NCBI GenBank assembly: GCA_000934665.2
Contig: JYFJ02002599.1
Span: 1-54,207, forward strand
Length of the DNA stretch: 54,207 nt
From: Catajapyx aquilonaris
Lineage: Eukaryota
Reading direction: 5' to 3'
Shown here piece by piece: positions 19,528-34,531 of the stretch; the stretch's first letter is position 1, and each line of letters opens with the position of its first letter. A program made the translations under genes and the position numbers. A model generated the notes under the pieces. The model did not search any database. It worked only from the letters and a program-made list of their open reading frames with translations, and had not been told where the DNA came from.

Positions 19528-22500
19528 CTTGTGGGCCAGGATGTCACCTAGGCTCGCTCTGGCGGACCGGGGGAGAGTCACGTACGGGGGGAGCTCCGAG
19601 GAGGCCGACTTCTTGCGGAATGTGCCAGGGCTGCCCGGGGGCATCAGACCCGGACTTATTTTCCTGGGAAAGAAAAGAGAAAAAAAAAATGGTTGGAAAT
19701 CAAATGAGGGGTTCAAATATCGCGCGCCTAGAGGCATTGGCACCACTGGTTGGCCAGGATTGGATGATGCGGATCATGTGACCTTGCAGGGGTGCCAATG
19801 ACACTTCGGGTGTTCAACTTTACTGAGTCGAAACTGCTGCCAAGTGTTGGCAATGTGAAGGCGATGGTGCCAAGGACGGAAAGTCTCCCGAAAAATTGGT
19901 GGCTATAGGAGTACACTATGGAAACAAAATTATTTTTTTTCTCTGGACGTTGGGCAGAATGTGGGATTTATCCGGGAATCGCCAACCGGAACTGAATTTT
20001 CAGAAGCCAGCTTTTTCGCCACTTGTTGTAACCGAAGCAGAGATATTCAGACATCAGGATAATATATCAGAGAGATCTGGTGTACGGATTGTGTGTAAAT
20101 GAATGACACACGCTCATTATTTTGCACACACCTAATGATCAGGAAAATAGTAGTTGGTAGATGAGAGATGAGAGGAGTAACGCAATACTGATCATGCACA
20201 AGCTGCATATACACAGCAATATTATTTCAGCGCTTTAAAATATCGATCAGATGGAGAGAAAAAAAAAATGCCATTACTTGAGCAATTTATCTGACGACAC
20301 ATTCACATCCGACACAATATGGGATACAGTATACAAAAGATGTTGAAAGAGTCGGTTTGTGCATGCATGACAGAGCTCGTTTCTGTCAATTGCTGTTATT
20401 TAAATGGCTGGAAATTCCAACCTGTTTCTCTCTCCACAGTCTACTAATTAGACCTGAAATGTGGGCATCCTGCGATCATTACCGCCTCATGGGTAAGTCC
20501 CAGAGATCCAAGTGTAAAGGGTATTCACTGTGTAACATTTTCATTTTCCCCGAGACGTCTTATCTTTATCATCAGCAGACGCAAGTCAATGTGACGTCAC
20601 AGGATTTTTCTCGAGTACTTTCACTGCAACAAATAAGTGGCTATTTTTTTCTATTGTTACGTGATTTTTTGGTTTATTTTTTATTGCCCCCCCCCCCTCC
20701 AAATTCTGACAAATAAAATTGTCATATCGCACCCTGTGGTCACTGCTAGTAGTCTCTCACTAACAATAGCGTATGCGGCAATATTCGTGAAAATATAACG
20801 ACCATGTCCATTTCTCTGCAGGCCACATACACTGTAATTGCTGTACAGAACACATTTCATGTAGACTCGCTCTTAATGCCGTATTAATTTTATTACGAAG
20901 GAATAGAACGCATCTATAGCAATGGTATACGAGACAATGCCTTAAACATTTTGAAGGATTTTACATTAATTTCTACTCTGCCGTGCAATGAGGCATTGGA
21001 ATAATCAATGATATCTGATCTTTTATTACAGTGCATGATATGTAATATATTATATTGGCATTCATGACATAATTTCAGGGATTAATTCTGGCCCCAGCCA
21101 CATTACAGGTACCGGTACTATAAAATGCAGTAGATAACAATAACGGGAAAACCTTCGAATTGTGAAGCCAGCAGATTCCATCAATAGCACAATTGGTTTC
21201 ACCTGACATTTTATCCACGTCACCTGACATTTAATCCCTTGTTCACTATCGAAATCAGATGCAATAAATCCTGACAGTATCATAGGATTTCCGGGGGACT
21301 GGCAACTTTTTGCTGGCCTATTCGGCCATGATTCCAGTCGGTCCAAGCACACTGTTTATTCCTTCATAATTGAAGGGTTCAAGGGCGACTATAGCTCTCT
21401 CCATTTCGTATTCCAACACAAGGCGGAGAGTTAACACGGCAAAGAACGGGAGCCAATACAAGGAAGCACGCACGATTTGTCGAATGAAAAATTGTGTCAT
21501 TACATGATAATCCGCCTTGTTTTCAATTCATGTCAGGTTGTCACCCACAGACGTCACAATCATCCCTAAATCAAACACTCCAAGGCTATATACCTTTTTG
21601 TTCCTTCCATATTTAAAAAAAAAGTAGTCGCAATAATTGTTGAAAAACTACATTATTATATTGAGTAGACTGAAAACATTGTGGAACCATTCAGCATTAT
21701 GTTGTCCATATAGGAGTGAACGAGAAGTCGAGGCAATATCAGAATGGACATCCACTTACATTATTGCTTCTAAAAGAGCGTTCAAGTTCAAGAAATGCCA
21801 ATTCTTTTTCAGCTATCACTTTGACGCGCAGTGGATTATCTATACGACATACGCACGTATAATGTGTAGGCAGTTTCCGCCTTTACGCAAATAAAAAAGG
21901 ACCAACAAATCCAATATGCAATATTATTAAGCTGTAATAACAGCATCCGTTAAGTGAATGTCTCTAATTTTAAGAGACATGTCACAGAACATCTGGCCGA
22001 GAAGACCTCAAAGGCTCCTCCAATTTGCACAAGGTGAGTAATTTGGAGACAGTGCCTTGCTGGCTAATATAACTGTGGACGTCACATGCGGATATCCTGG
22101 AGAGTGGATCCAATAAGGAGCATAATTGGCTGGTGTCAGATTTCAGCAGAACCAAGTCTTGAGAGTGCAAACAGAAGTGATCGCTTTGTCGCCCCGCCAA
22201 ATTTACAGCCCCCAATAAGGAACCCTCTACACCCCCCCCCCCCCCACTACCTGTCAACAGAGCACTAATAATTTCCTAGAAATTAAAAAATATATATTTG
22301 ATTTGGCATGTTTCCTCGTAAATCCTGTGCCTAAACTATAGTCAAATAAATCTGACAGTTGGCTCTAGAGTGGGTGTCATCGTCGAGCGTAGGCAGATAG
22401 GTTTTATGGCAGAGGCGAATCCTCTTCTTCGTCCTTTCCGGTTTAATAAAGGTGGCCCAAGTGAAGTGGGCCACCATGATGGCTTAGGTGCCATATTGGT

Positions 22501-22550
22501 AGCAGGGGAATTAAGAGGGGGCCAGTTGCCATAGGAGACACCAACGGCTT

Positions 22551-22590
22551 TATAAAAAGGCAGGTACAGTGGAGCCCTCGGGTTAGTTTT
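22551..22590 (+). promoter_or_regulatory. TATA box plus Inr-like core promoter, probably of the cystine-knot gene
   Basis: TATAAAAAGG at 22551, TTAGTT at 22583, then an ATG (22629) and a consensus donor AAG|gtgagt (22653). Confidence 0.5.
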
Positions 22591-22628
22591 TTCACGGGTT
22601 AAGAGCAAGGAAGAACACAGATATCAGC

Positions 22629-25600
22629 ATGTCTCCAGTGCTCCAGTGCAAGGTGAGTACAGCAGCTCATTGAAGTGATCCGTGAACGCTATATGAACAC
22701 GGTTTCAGCAAGTACTCGAAATCGGGTTTGCACTAGCTTCAATAATTGTTAATAGCCCTATGCATATACAACCAGCCAATTTGTGATTCATGCGGTTATT
22801 GCCCTCAAAGATTTGCTCTGGTATGTACTCACAGTCAGCAGACCTTCTGGTAAAAACTGAAGCTGGCGAGAGGTTAAACTACCGGCAGCTACTGACTTGC
22901 GTGACATGCGAATAACTGACGGGTGAAAATAATACCTGAGAGGCATTTATGCTTCCTCAGAGAGTACATGACTTCGCCCGAGTTCTAACCCATCTATTAC
23001 GTCACCTGGTGATCAAGAGGAAATTCATTCACTTCCTCTTTTTTTTTTCAAGCACTAATTATTACTTGAGAGGTGGTTCATGCGTCGTTCATTGTGGACG
23101 CCTGTAAAGTATTTGCGATCGTAGTGATTGGCCTTGACTTAATAACTCTCACGGAAAGTTTAAGAGCCTATCGAGAGCGCAGTTCGTACAAACAGGTGGC
23201 ACAATTTTTTTTTACAGACGGACAATGTAAACAACATTTACGTCGATCTGCGCTGCAATGCTTGGTTAGTCGAGTATCATAAGGTAAATTTTATGTAATG
23301 AAATTAATTGTTTTCCATGCCTTGATGTATAAGCAGGAAAGTAGATCTCGCGTGGTCAGCACGTGACGGGGCTTAATAAATAGTAATTATTATGCAGTCC
23401 GATCTCTACATGGGCACAATGCAATAAGGAGTGGGTGTGTGAAGGACGTTAGACTTACTTTCTTTTGTGGGCTCATATTAGTCCCCGACTGGTGTCTAAC
23501 AGGTCATAAGCTAATCCGTAGTGTGTGACCTTAAAAAAACGCGTCCCGGTCATTATAAACTTGCTGCATATGGCAATCTAGTCCAATAGATTATGTTTTA
23601 TTGATAAGCTCTGATTTCGTCGCCTAAACTTGCGCCAATAAAACGCTGAGTGATGTGAACAATTATTTTTTTTCTGCGTAAAACAACACTATATACAGAA
23701 GTTGGATGGAAAACTTTGAGGAAAGAATAATAGCCTCTCCTTGAACGCTATGTAAAGTCTTTTATGCACTTGAAGTGGTCGTGGCATTACATAATGTACT
23801 TCGCTGGCGGCCATAGGCCCCTGGCTTAATGAGATATGAAGGATTTGTGACGTTTTACAACTCACAATGCATTGCCAACCTGACTTCCAAGTAATTTGGT
23901 CATAAATTGCGACCTTACTAGAAGAACCAATAAAAATATCGAAACGAGCAATTAAATCAAACATGAACTAACAGTATACGACTCTTGTACATAACTTTTT
24001 ATGCAGAAGCCCATTCAAACGGTATATTACTACAACGGCCAGTCTTACCGAAATTGTGAAGCGATCTTTGTTGGCATCATGGCGCCGGTGATATGTGATA
24101 GATAAATCTACCACCTCTATATTATCCAACGAGTAAAAGGCCGGAAAGCCTGTCCAGCAGAAATGTCCACAAGCTTGACACGGAAGATGTCCCTCAATTT
24201 GTCAACTCCTGATGTTGTCACTTGTTAGGCTCTTTCCTTGCAGCACAACTCAAGCACACGCACACACCACGTATAGACTCCTTGCCTCGATTAAGACTAC
24301 TGATTTCACCCAACTTTTTATCTTCAACCGCCCTGATATATTACCCCCCCATATCCAATCCGTATAAACTCCGTCGAGATAACACGAAATAGTCATGGGA
24401 TTATTCCACACTCGATTACACCACGATGGAATCTCCTCTGATGATTCTGTCGCCCAACATATGCGCAGAGCCCTGATCTTGCCTAAAGGTATATCATTCT
24501 GATGGATCGCGGGAGGTAGGAAAATTTCACTGATCAATAGCTAAAGTCAGCAAATGTCAACACAAATGTCTCTCACCTGTATGGCATATGGCCTCATGTT
24601 GACAATGACAACGACCTAACCGCATTATTCTTGACGTCTAGTGCTCGAGGTGACAATTTTAATCTGAACAGTTTACTTTTTATGATGGCCATTTTTAGAC
24701 AATATGCTAGGCGACAATGTATAAGTGGACTTATCCATTACAGGATGTGACATTATTTCAGGTGAAGCCTTCGTTTCCTGGAATCCTGAAGATTGCTCGC
24801 ACATCGCGTGTTATTTGGATAAGGAATTTTTGTTAAGCGTTACTAGTGAAAACCCTGGCTCAATCTCATTGAATCGAGCAGTTCGCACACCTGACAAACA
24901 GGCTAAAAATACGGCCAGGTGCGATTCCATCTAGGAGATAATTGCGACATGTGGCATCCTGCATATGGTCTCGTGCATAGGCGCGGATATGGTAAAATAT
25001 TATCACGTACCAAGAGGGCGAGGATTGAAGGACATTTTTCCCATGATCAAACGTGCTGAATGGAAATGATGAGCGGTATCAAAAGTAGTGTCAGTTCAAT
25101 GTAATGACGTAAGATGAGAGCGGTTTCAGCTGGAAAACGCAAGATTCCGTTTCGCTTCGTTTCTCTCGGTCATTTCATACCGTGGGAAATTGTTATTACT
25201 GCTTGTTGCTGGTATGTGTACACCGGTTTTGATTGACAACGCGGGGAAATACAGCACAAAGCATGATGATTCAGATTTGTAACAATTCAGCCAACGATAT
25301 GGTTCGCCATAGCAGGTGTCATAAAGAAAAAAAGCTGGTAATAATAAATTGAGAATGTTACGCCACCGGAAACTTGTTAAAAAGACATTGCGTGCGTTTG
25401 CCTCACTTGCGAACACAGTAAGTATTGTACTTCAACTCGGTGACAGCCGTGAAATAATAGTCCTTGAAGTGGGTCCTAACTGGCACTTATTTCGCGTGTA
25501 TAAAGGATATTTTAGAATGACGTAGATGCAAGTTCAACAGGTGACTCTGACCACGAATTCAGTCTTTTATGCAACCCTATTTTTTTATTTTACGACTCGA

Positions 25601-28600
25601 GCTCTTTTTTGTAATAACGCACCAACAATGAGGATGTTGAAATTCATCGCTCGCGACGGTACTATTTCCAGGTAGCATTCACGCCATCGCTTCCAACCAC
25701 GCACAACAATTACCTGCTGTCTCTGGAAATCACCTGGGTGAAGGACAAAACTTCACAAACACAAGCATATCCCAAGACTATCTCATAACAATAATACTGG
25801 GATCAGGAGCAGGTCGAGCACATTACTTTATCTCCGGCTGTGCACACCGGCTTGTATCCACCTTTCGACCCCGTCATAAACGGTTCGGTGCAAACTACCC
25901 ATTGTCACCAGCTTATAGTCAGCCTTAAAAGCCAAATTCATGGCCAGGTAAAACATGAACTTGAGACGCACTAAAAATGAGTGCTAGGTCAACTCACTGG
26001 TGGTGTATAGATTCTTCTAAGCACCAACTGGCACGGTTTCCCATCTTCCTCAGAATCTCCATGGCTTTATATGTCCAGTTCGGATGACCAAACACGGTAT
26101 GGGTCACTCGCGAGTAACAGTAGCACTAATAAATAAATGTGGCTGCTCGAGTCGTCTGCAGCGGACTAAAGTAGAGGCAAATGAGTGCGGCAGCTTAGCA
26201 ACTCAATCCGAGCCACGTGCACATGTACGTATGTGAGTGTATGTCGCTGGGGTGGTATAGAGGGTGGAACTGTGGGTGGGGGATGTCAGAGGGACACTAT
26301 TCCGCAAAGTCACAGACGACGGACCAACTGGTGGAAAAATTTTCAGGGGCTCTCAATGTCATTCGAATGTTGTCTCTCTCCCTCCATCCCCCCCATACNC
26401 CCCCCCCATTTGAACAGAACACACACACGCATATGAACCAGAGCCAATGGTCAGCTAAGGTTTTATCTGAATATTACTACCCTTTTAATCGCTGGACAGA
26501 ATTATTGCTGCCAGTTAGCTTAACTGCCAGTAATGAGTTGATTTGCATATGATTCAGTAACCCGATTTTGGGTTCAGTTACCAGACTTTTGTATAGTTTC
26601 GTCGCGCGTCAACAGCAATTAAGTTGAATGTGCACTGATTATCTTCTCCAAAAACTTGTGGGGTTGATTAACCCTTCGTGAGTAATGCAATGTCAAACCT
26701 CAGAAGGTTGGAAAATTATCTGATGACTGTATAAACTGAGAATCATTGATTCATAGTACGACAAAACTGGAGCAGTTTGACAATTTGCCGATTCAAATGA
26801 TCGTAAAAATATATGCGGAGGATGCTCGAGGACTAATAAGGCGTGCTATTACGCACGTATAGACTATCTATTAAGCATCGTTAGCAATCCCTTGCATGTA
26901 AACGTTCATCTGATGACACACATTTGCAATGCATATACATGGTGTGTGGCCAGAGATGACTCTATATACATCGTATCACCGAAGCATTTTAATATTTGAT
27001 AATCTGAAAATCCAGGCCATGAAAAGCTGGGTCATTGATACGTCGATGATCATCTAGATTGATCCAGTCCTGTATGACAAAAGGAGCACTTGTTCGATTC
27101 AATATTAGTGTTTACGGGCTGTAGCATATAGGGCTGCCATTAATTATGATGCAAAAGGTGTTCCAAATTCAGAGGATTCAGAGGATATTTCGTCGCTGAA
27201 ATTACGTTTGTTAACCGTACGTTTTCTACACGTGAATTACGAGACATATCTAAGCAGTTTGCCTCAATGGTCGCCAAATAAGTTGTTGATAGAGTAGTCT
27301 CGCCTGCATGTAAACACAATATATGACGTGCTGGCATACAAATGAAAAATGCAGAATATTTTAGCATCAGATACAAATGAAGCAAGTTGGCTCGTAAAAC
27401 AATATTGTGGAATTTGGAGTATGCGGCATCATCAGCATATGACATGACAGTTACTATTCTATATGTTGGTGTGCATAGCGATGGCGAGCTTTGGTAAAGG
27501 AATGTAACCAGCATAAACCATAACAGGGACCTGCAGGTGTGACTCCAGCTGGAGGAACAAAGACTCATACGCGCATGTTAGTGACACTTGTCATATACGT
27601 ATATGAAAGTGATGTTTTTGTTATGTTCGCTCAACGCTCCGAAAAAAATCCCTTGACTTTGAACTTGAATATCAGTGCAGATTTCATACTTTACAGTCAC
27701 TACCTATAAATAGGACTTCATGCATTAATCAACCGCAGTCTACATACTTACATACTGTATAATTATTATAATCCAACGCAAATCTTCAGTCTGCTGCATT
27801 TCACATCTGGTGCATTCCCCAAACAATGGTGCTTAATGCAACTTACAGGCCTGGCTATGTTTTTCAGGAACATTACAATAACATTACGGGCTCATTTATG
27901 ACAGGAATAATATTACATAAGGAGTATTTCCTTGTAAAAATTAGCTACTTGCATTTATTTGCATGTAAACTTAGGAGCGCTGTTGCATACATTTAGATAT
28001 AACAACGAGTTGAAAGAGTGGCATTCGTATACAGCCGATTATGCCGGTACACAGTGTAGTTTTCATTTATTAACTAAATGGGGAAAAGTGATAAAGCTAA
28101 AAACACACATACATATATTATCCTATCTCATTATCATTTCGGAGCGAGCATATGGCACACCAAAACGCGATAGTATATAGTAAGGAAGTTTCGGAAGTCA
28201 TATCATTCTGCCATCGGAATAAAATTATTTGCCCCAAATGTGGCACTCAAAAAATGGGCCACCAAGAAAACAATGTGCATAATTATGTACTAATGCATAA
28301 CTGCTGCGCAGTTTCCATTTTTAAATTGCATTCAGCATCGACTTACATTTGCTATAGGACAATGCTGCATTTCAGGCTTGTGCCTCTGGCAGTGGCACTT
28401 ACATAGGATAAGAAGGAACAAACCAGTAATAATATTTGACCGAGGGTAACTGTACCATCTCTTAAGAAATTGTTTCTCAGAGGTATTCTGCAGTGTATAG
28501 CTAGCGCTATACAACAACGAAACAATGCCTAATGTGACGAGTGCAGGCAGGGACAAACACTAGAGTGATGGTGGTTGCATATCTCCAGGATATACGTCTA

Positions 28601-31600
28601 GTTATACTTTTTATATTCTTTTATGTAGTTGGCAAATGCTACATAAATAAATGCGTGGAATTAACAGAAATGTCAGTCACATTCAGCCTGTCAACCGGTG
28701 TGTCACACGTGAAACATATTTTTAGAGCACTATAACTCTTAGTAATAGTGTCATTTGAAAGGGAACGGGTCAGGGTATCATGTCCATAATAATGTTTAAA
28801 AAATGCGGAATACATTTCGAAACTTCAGGCAAAAAATGACCTCAAGAAAAGGCTAGGCACACAATGCCCACATTAAGATTCACTCACCCCTTTATCATCC
28901 ATGACTATGCAGCAGAATCCCATGTCAGCTGCAAACTGTTTGTATAGTTTTGAAGGAAAAAAAGTGCAACATAACTTCCATGCAGTCGCATTACCATAAT
29001 TTATTATTCCGATATTTTATAGCATTTATAATTTCAGAATTAAACAATGCGAGCGTGAGAGTCCATTTCTCTAGCAAACCAACGAGAACTTTTATTATTG
29101 CAGACTAAATTGTTCCAAGTTGGCAAACCTAAAATAAGACTCGTTTCCAAAGATTTGTCAAATGACAAAAAGATTGAACAAGATTCGACTCACTCGATTC
29201 AAAACCACTGACTGTACCTGCCATTCGGGAGGTCAGGGCCACTCTTCCATTTACTTGGCATGCATTATTCTTATTAGCTTCGAATTAACCCCAATCCTCG
29301 GCGTCATTGCCACTTCCACATGAAAACGACGCGACGTAGAATCCGACCTTCCAAATTTTAACATATCTAGTGAGGAAAGGTCCAGAGGACACGTATGTAA
29401 AACGTCCCCTTCTTTTAACAAGTATTATAACATAGGTGGCAAAACAGACTTGACTTTACTATGACCTACAGTATGTATGTTTCCTGGGCGCATATTTTTA
29501 AATGCATATATTACACATAAAGTTCTGCTTTCAAAACCGACAGGTGGCATGCATGATTACTTTCTCAGCATTCCGTGCAGGCCGCCAGAGTGCAGCAAAA
29601 TCCGGCTCGGCAGCACATCATATACGAAATGTAATGACTACATTACAGCAAGAATTCGTGACACGTTTTACGCCTCGGACATTAACGCTCGTATTAAACT
29701 TTCATGCGAAGATTCTTTTCTTAGATTTCTACCTTTTTACACGGGGAAAATATACAAAGTTTCTAACCAAGATAAAAGACCAGCGAATTGTACATGAGTG
29801 GACGCTTTAATCCGCCGCAGTATATCATACAGATCATCGCAGTCACGTACTTTGCTCTCATTACTCAGCTTATTGGACAGCTTATTTGACATACTCCAGA
29901 CCAGTGATCATTGAAGTAGTAAATGCCACCTGCTGCAAATCATTATCTAATGAAAGAACTGGGGTGATTGCACTCTCTCGGTATGTAAAAGCATGAATTT
30001 TCTTTGACGCGTTTACTCTGTACACGCCTCCTTTCAAGGTATGAAATTACATCTGACATTTTAATTTCCTGCTACACCTCATGATACTTGCTTGAAACAA
30101 TACGTCAAGTTGGTCCAAATATTATTTGGTTTTTTACAGTGCAGTGACTTGCAGCCTTGATTATTACGGAGATGATTATTTCCGATGGGCTTATAGCCCA
30201 CATACAGAGCCTTCCGAATAAATAGCAAAATAATATGCCACCTGCTGTTGCGAATTCAAAAGCGCAGATCTGGACTGGTCTATTGTCATATCACATAACA
30301 AAACTAAACAATACCAGAATTGGCAGCGTTGCAAGACTGTGCAAATATAATAAATTATGCAAACATCTGTGGTAATCTTCCCTGCGCATTTAAGAAAAAA
30401 AAATGAGGTGAAGGCCTCTAATCGCATTTACTAAACCGACATTATACAATGCTGCACATCTCGTGACATTTCGCAATCCTTACGCAATTGTCAATTGGTA
30501 ATGAGATGACGTCAGTCTCAGCAATCACATTGTGAACCAAATTATCACACACTCTATTTTGAAACTTGATTAGTAATCAGTTCACTTCTAGAATGTGGTA
30601 TATAAGGCAAGCCGCAAACCAAATCCAGGAAGGAACAGGACCAAAAATAAAGATGTAAATTCATACGAGCTTTATGAGCACGGCTAATGAGGAAGTGATT
30701 TGCCATTCGACGAGTTTTCCCATTGCTACTAACAAGCATGTCAAGGGGGCATCTGTTATCTTTTACATGCAATTATTTTTCTTTCACCAAAGTGTCACGT
30801 GGGTGATTGAGATATTGATAGAAATGACTTGTCATAATCATTCGTCATGAAGGGCGGGGCTCGGCTTTGTAGCTAATTAACCTGATGTAGGCCGATTCCC
30901 GGTTGTAACAATAGACGCGCATATCCGTTTCACTGTAAACTAGAGAGGACCTCTCTACTGTAAACACACTGTAAACATTTCAATGAAACCGCAGAAATGA
31001 AAAAAAAAAATGCCAACCTGTTAGTCTTCATGATGAGCACTTCTCAGATCAGTTTTCTCCAGCACAAGCTTGGCACATAACAAACTGCGGCAATCCTATT
31101 GAACTTGTGCGACTCTCATCTCTGAAAGTCCGTCTCGAGTAAGCGCCACATACGCACTGAGGGACTGCATGCACCCAACAAATAACCCAGCAGCAGGCCA
31201 GCCAGCAGTTGATGTATGTGTTGCTAAAGTGTATCTGGGGGACTGGAAGGCAACCTACTTTGGGATGCAGCCAGACAACCCTCCCTGAACAATGGGCAGC
31301 ACATGTAATATGCAAACCCTGGGGCCTCCCCCCGACCAAGAGGACACTCGTGTTTTCACTGCCAGGATGCTTTGCAGTCACTTAGGTGGGACGTGCGCAC
31401 ATCGCGTGTTACATGGTTGTCAACATATCATCAGTAGGGGGGTCGTTTTTAATTCATACAAATATTTTTCAAAGTCGGGCCTCCAAATGGGGAAAGCATG
31501 TTGTGTAACAGGATAATGCTTTTATGAAGATGATAAGTTTCGAAGGGCTTTTACCACTTATAAAGCTGGTTGCAACCGTGCAATTTTGAAGGATATAATA

Positions 31601-34531
31601 TCAGACATCGGCCACGATGTATTCACATGCCAATCTTCTCTTTTGCAAATCATTATACTGTACAAAAAAAAGTCCAATGTGTCGTAACATTTCCTTACAG
31701 AAAATGTGATCGCCAATGTCTCCTTGACTGCTAAAGTAATGTTCCCGTTTTTCAGGTGATAATAGCCGCGCTCACAGTGATGTCTTTGGGCACCTTTTGT
31801 CAAGCCCGAGGCCAGGTGTACATCCCACAAGAAGTAAGCAGAAATTCCATTAAAAATATCCGTGCAACTGAACATTTCACATAGTTGTACGATTCGAGCA
31901 GCATAAGTACTACTGGTATCACATGCCAAGGTTTATTATAGCATTATGAACTGTGCTGTAAGTCTATTCAATTAAGAGGACATCCTCACATCTAATAAAT
32001 AATGACTCATAGTACAATAGCCATTCGGGGTCAGTGTGACGAGTCACCTTCGAGCTTGCTTCTGACGCGCCTTTTCTTCCTGGGATTGCATGTCAAATGA
32101 CGACATAGAAGTTTACACAATAGACAATTTTACACACGTCTATTCACGTGCCAATGACATATAAGTACTCTGATTAAGTGGGTCATGATTCTTTAACCAG
32201 CTGCATCGAAGCCCTTGGAAGCCAGATGTGATCGTGCACATCTTCATATTATTGTGATCACAGTCACCCGTGCACTCGTGCGTTGAAATAATTGGGGGAT
32301 GGCCAAAGATGTGCACAAAATACAAAGTTTGGATTTCTTTTGGGCTCCGTGAAGAATTTCCATTCTCTATACCTCTTTATAGACGTCAGTGTCAATGGCA
32401 CGCGAGACTTTGAACCGCAGGAGGTCATGATATTCCCCCTTTTTCGTAAAATTATTCGTCGGATTCAAGCGGCCTTCATTCATATATCTCTGGGGAAATA
32501 TCAGAGTTAGGTTCAATTGAATGATGTGACCTTTTACAGGTCGCTCTGATTTGCATGAAAATCAGCTGAAATATCGAAAGAGCAGTGATGTAATGTAAAG
32601 TTACTGTATACATTACAGCATAATTAAATGTGTTAGTAGCTGTTTAAATGTTACGATATAATCTTGCATAATGATTGCATGACAAACTTGTTCTTCTTTG
32701 GAATGTCTGTAGAGGCAACCAAATACTTACATGTTGGATCGAGTGAGAGAAGTTGATTGGGATCTAGACGAATCACAGCTCCTACGTCGCGACAACCATG
32801 AAACAATGCCGGTAATGTATAATAAACTTACTACTTTTAATACTGTGCTTCAAATACCACCAATGCCATATTTTTCGTATTCTACCCAATGCTGTTGATA
32901 TAACTTACTGATTTTGTGATTTTCGAAGACAGTCTGGTTTTGATAATGACTCAAGTAACTATCCGTAACTGCCTGTAACAACATTTAACCACCCACAAGT
33001 CCATAACTATAATGATTGGTGTATGGTACAGTACTGTACATCTTAACAAACTGTACCTCTTGACAAAATTTTATCTCCTTCAGTAATTATAGATAATTAA
33101 CAGCAACTTCGCAGGATGTAGCTATAATCTTTTGTCACCCAATATAAATCTGAATAATTCAAGGTTGTTCTGATGGCAAATCTGGAAGATCCTAATTAAC
33201 ACGGCAACATCTAAGAGCGACACGGTGGCCGAGTGGTTAGCACTGCAGCCTTCCACCTCTAAGGTCCCAAGTTCGATCCCCGGATCAGACAGAGGATAAT
33301 TATGTGGATAGAATTTCGATGGGTTCTCTCTGTGTTTGTGTGGGTTTTCTCGGGCTTCTCCCATTTCCTCCCACTATCAAAATCCATCACAGCAAAGGCA
33401 ATGATTAAAGTCGGTTAATTAAAAAGATGATCCCCAAAAAAGCCCAAGGAGGCTTATCACAGGGTATTCATTATAATTAACATGGCAACATCTCAGCATG
33501 CCCTGCTGTTAGGTTTGGAAGTTATAATATGAAAGGGTACCACATCAATAGCATGCATGATAGTTGTCCATATTAGTCAAACAGAATGGGCAAAGGCATG
33601 GAGCTACTTTGCAGATGTAAAGTACATAATGGTTCACTTTAGACAAACAAATCCAATGAAAATGTGGAAATGCCCAACATGTTACTTCTGGGCAAGTGTG
33701 TTTGAATGTGAATTCAGATGTGGTACATTGAGTAGAGGGGGAAGGGGGGTAGTAAGGGGTTGGAAAAATCTATCAGTTTTGCCAGAACAAGCGTGTATAC
33801 AACAGTTTTCAAAATGCCACAAGCAAATATGGTGGTCCACACACAAGAGAAATGACCAGATACATTGGCCTGCACCTATACACATGCAGCAACATACGTA
33901 ACACTATTTTTGCAGGGAGATCACTTTACCAATAACGGTTATAAAAGCACTTCCTTTGTGTCATGTTCATTCAACACGTCCAAATCTAGTGTGTGATAGT
34001 AGTACATATATTTTTCATTACAAATTGCTATAATCATTGAAATTAAGTTTCGTTTTATGCTTTAGTGTAGCACCTACCTGCCTTGTGCAGGGTTGTAGGC
34101 TACTTCACATTAACACTGATGCCTTCAATCCATAGACACATCTGCCTCTCTGCAGCACAGACATCAATAGGATAAACCTCAACAACCCTGAGTATGATTA
34201 CATGCCTCCATTCTACTATGAAGTGACGTGCCACAGATCGGGATCCAGTGAAGACGATGAGGTTGAACCTCGCCAAACTTCAAGCCAGGTATAATTGATG
34301 TTTACGTTTGCTTGTGTTTACCTAACCCACATGCCATAATAACAGAGTATCACTTCTCTCCAGAGATGTGTGGACACCTACTTAGAATGCGTCCAAAAGA
34401 ATGTTACCCTGTTTGTAAGTAGGCGTCGCCATGGTCAAGACTGCTGGGTACCAACAGCTATTGAAATTTCCAGTGGATGTGAGTGTATGTGGCCTGTGGC
34501 TGATCATGGAAGCATGCATTCTATGTATTAA
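22629..34531 (+). CDS. Secreted cystine-knot cytokine-like protein (spaetzle/trunk/PTTH-type fold), ~183 aa
   Basis: Exons 22629-22652 (tentative), 28589-28631 (GC donor; tentative), 31063-31127, 32713-32811, 34136-34288, 34364-34531. Signal peptide ...LVILFIFFYVVAQA|W, dibasic KR/RR sites, then LC...YMPPFYYEVTC...RC...ECVQ...RRR..DCW....SGCECMWP. The last three exons are the firmest. Confidence 0.8.
33213..33473 (+). mobile_element. tRNA-derived SINE with a V/Meta-like central domain
   Basis: A box TGGCCGAGTGG, B box GTTCGATCC, core GTGTGGGTTTTCTCGGGCTTCTCCCATTTCCTCCCAC; 20-bp TSD taattaaca(c/t)ggcaacatct at 33193-33212 and 33474-33493. Confidence 0.9.

Noticed and set aside
19528..19746. 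N-terminal extension of fray from the ORF track
   Set aside because: Non-ATG start and low-complexity sequence; ATG 19527 has a good context and fits the family start.
22500..22660. Polypurine tract plus LTR
   Set aside because: No partner LTR; the TATA, Inr and donor arrangement fits a cellular promoter.
26230..26435. G-rich/C-rich imperfect inverted repeat (G-quadruplex or MITE)
   Set aside because: Low complexity, poor arm identity and an ambiguous base at 26399.
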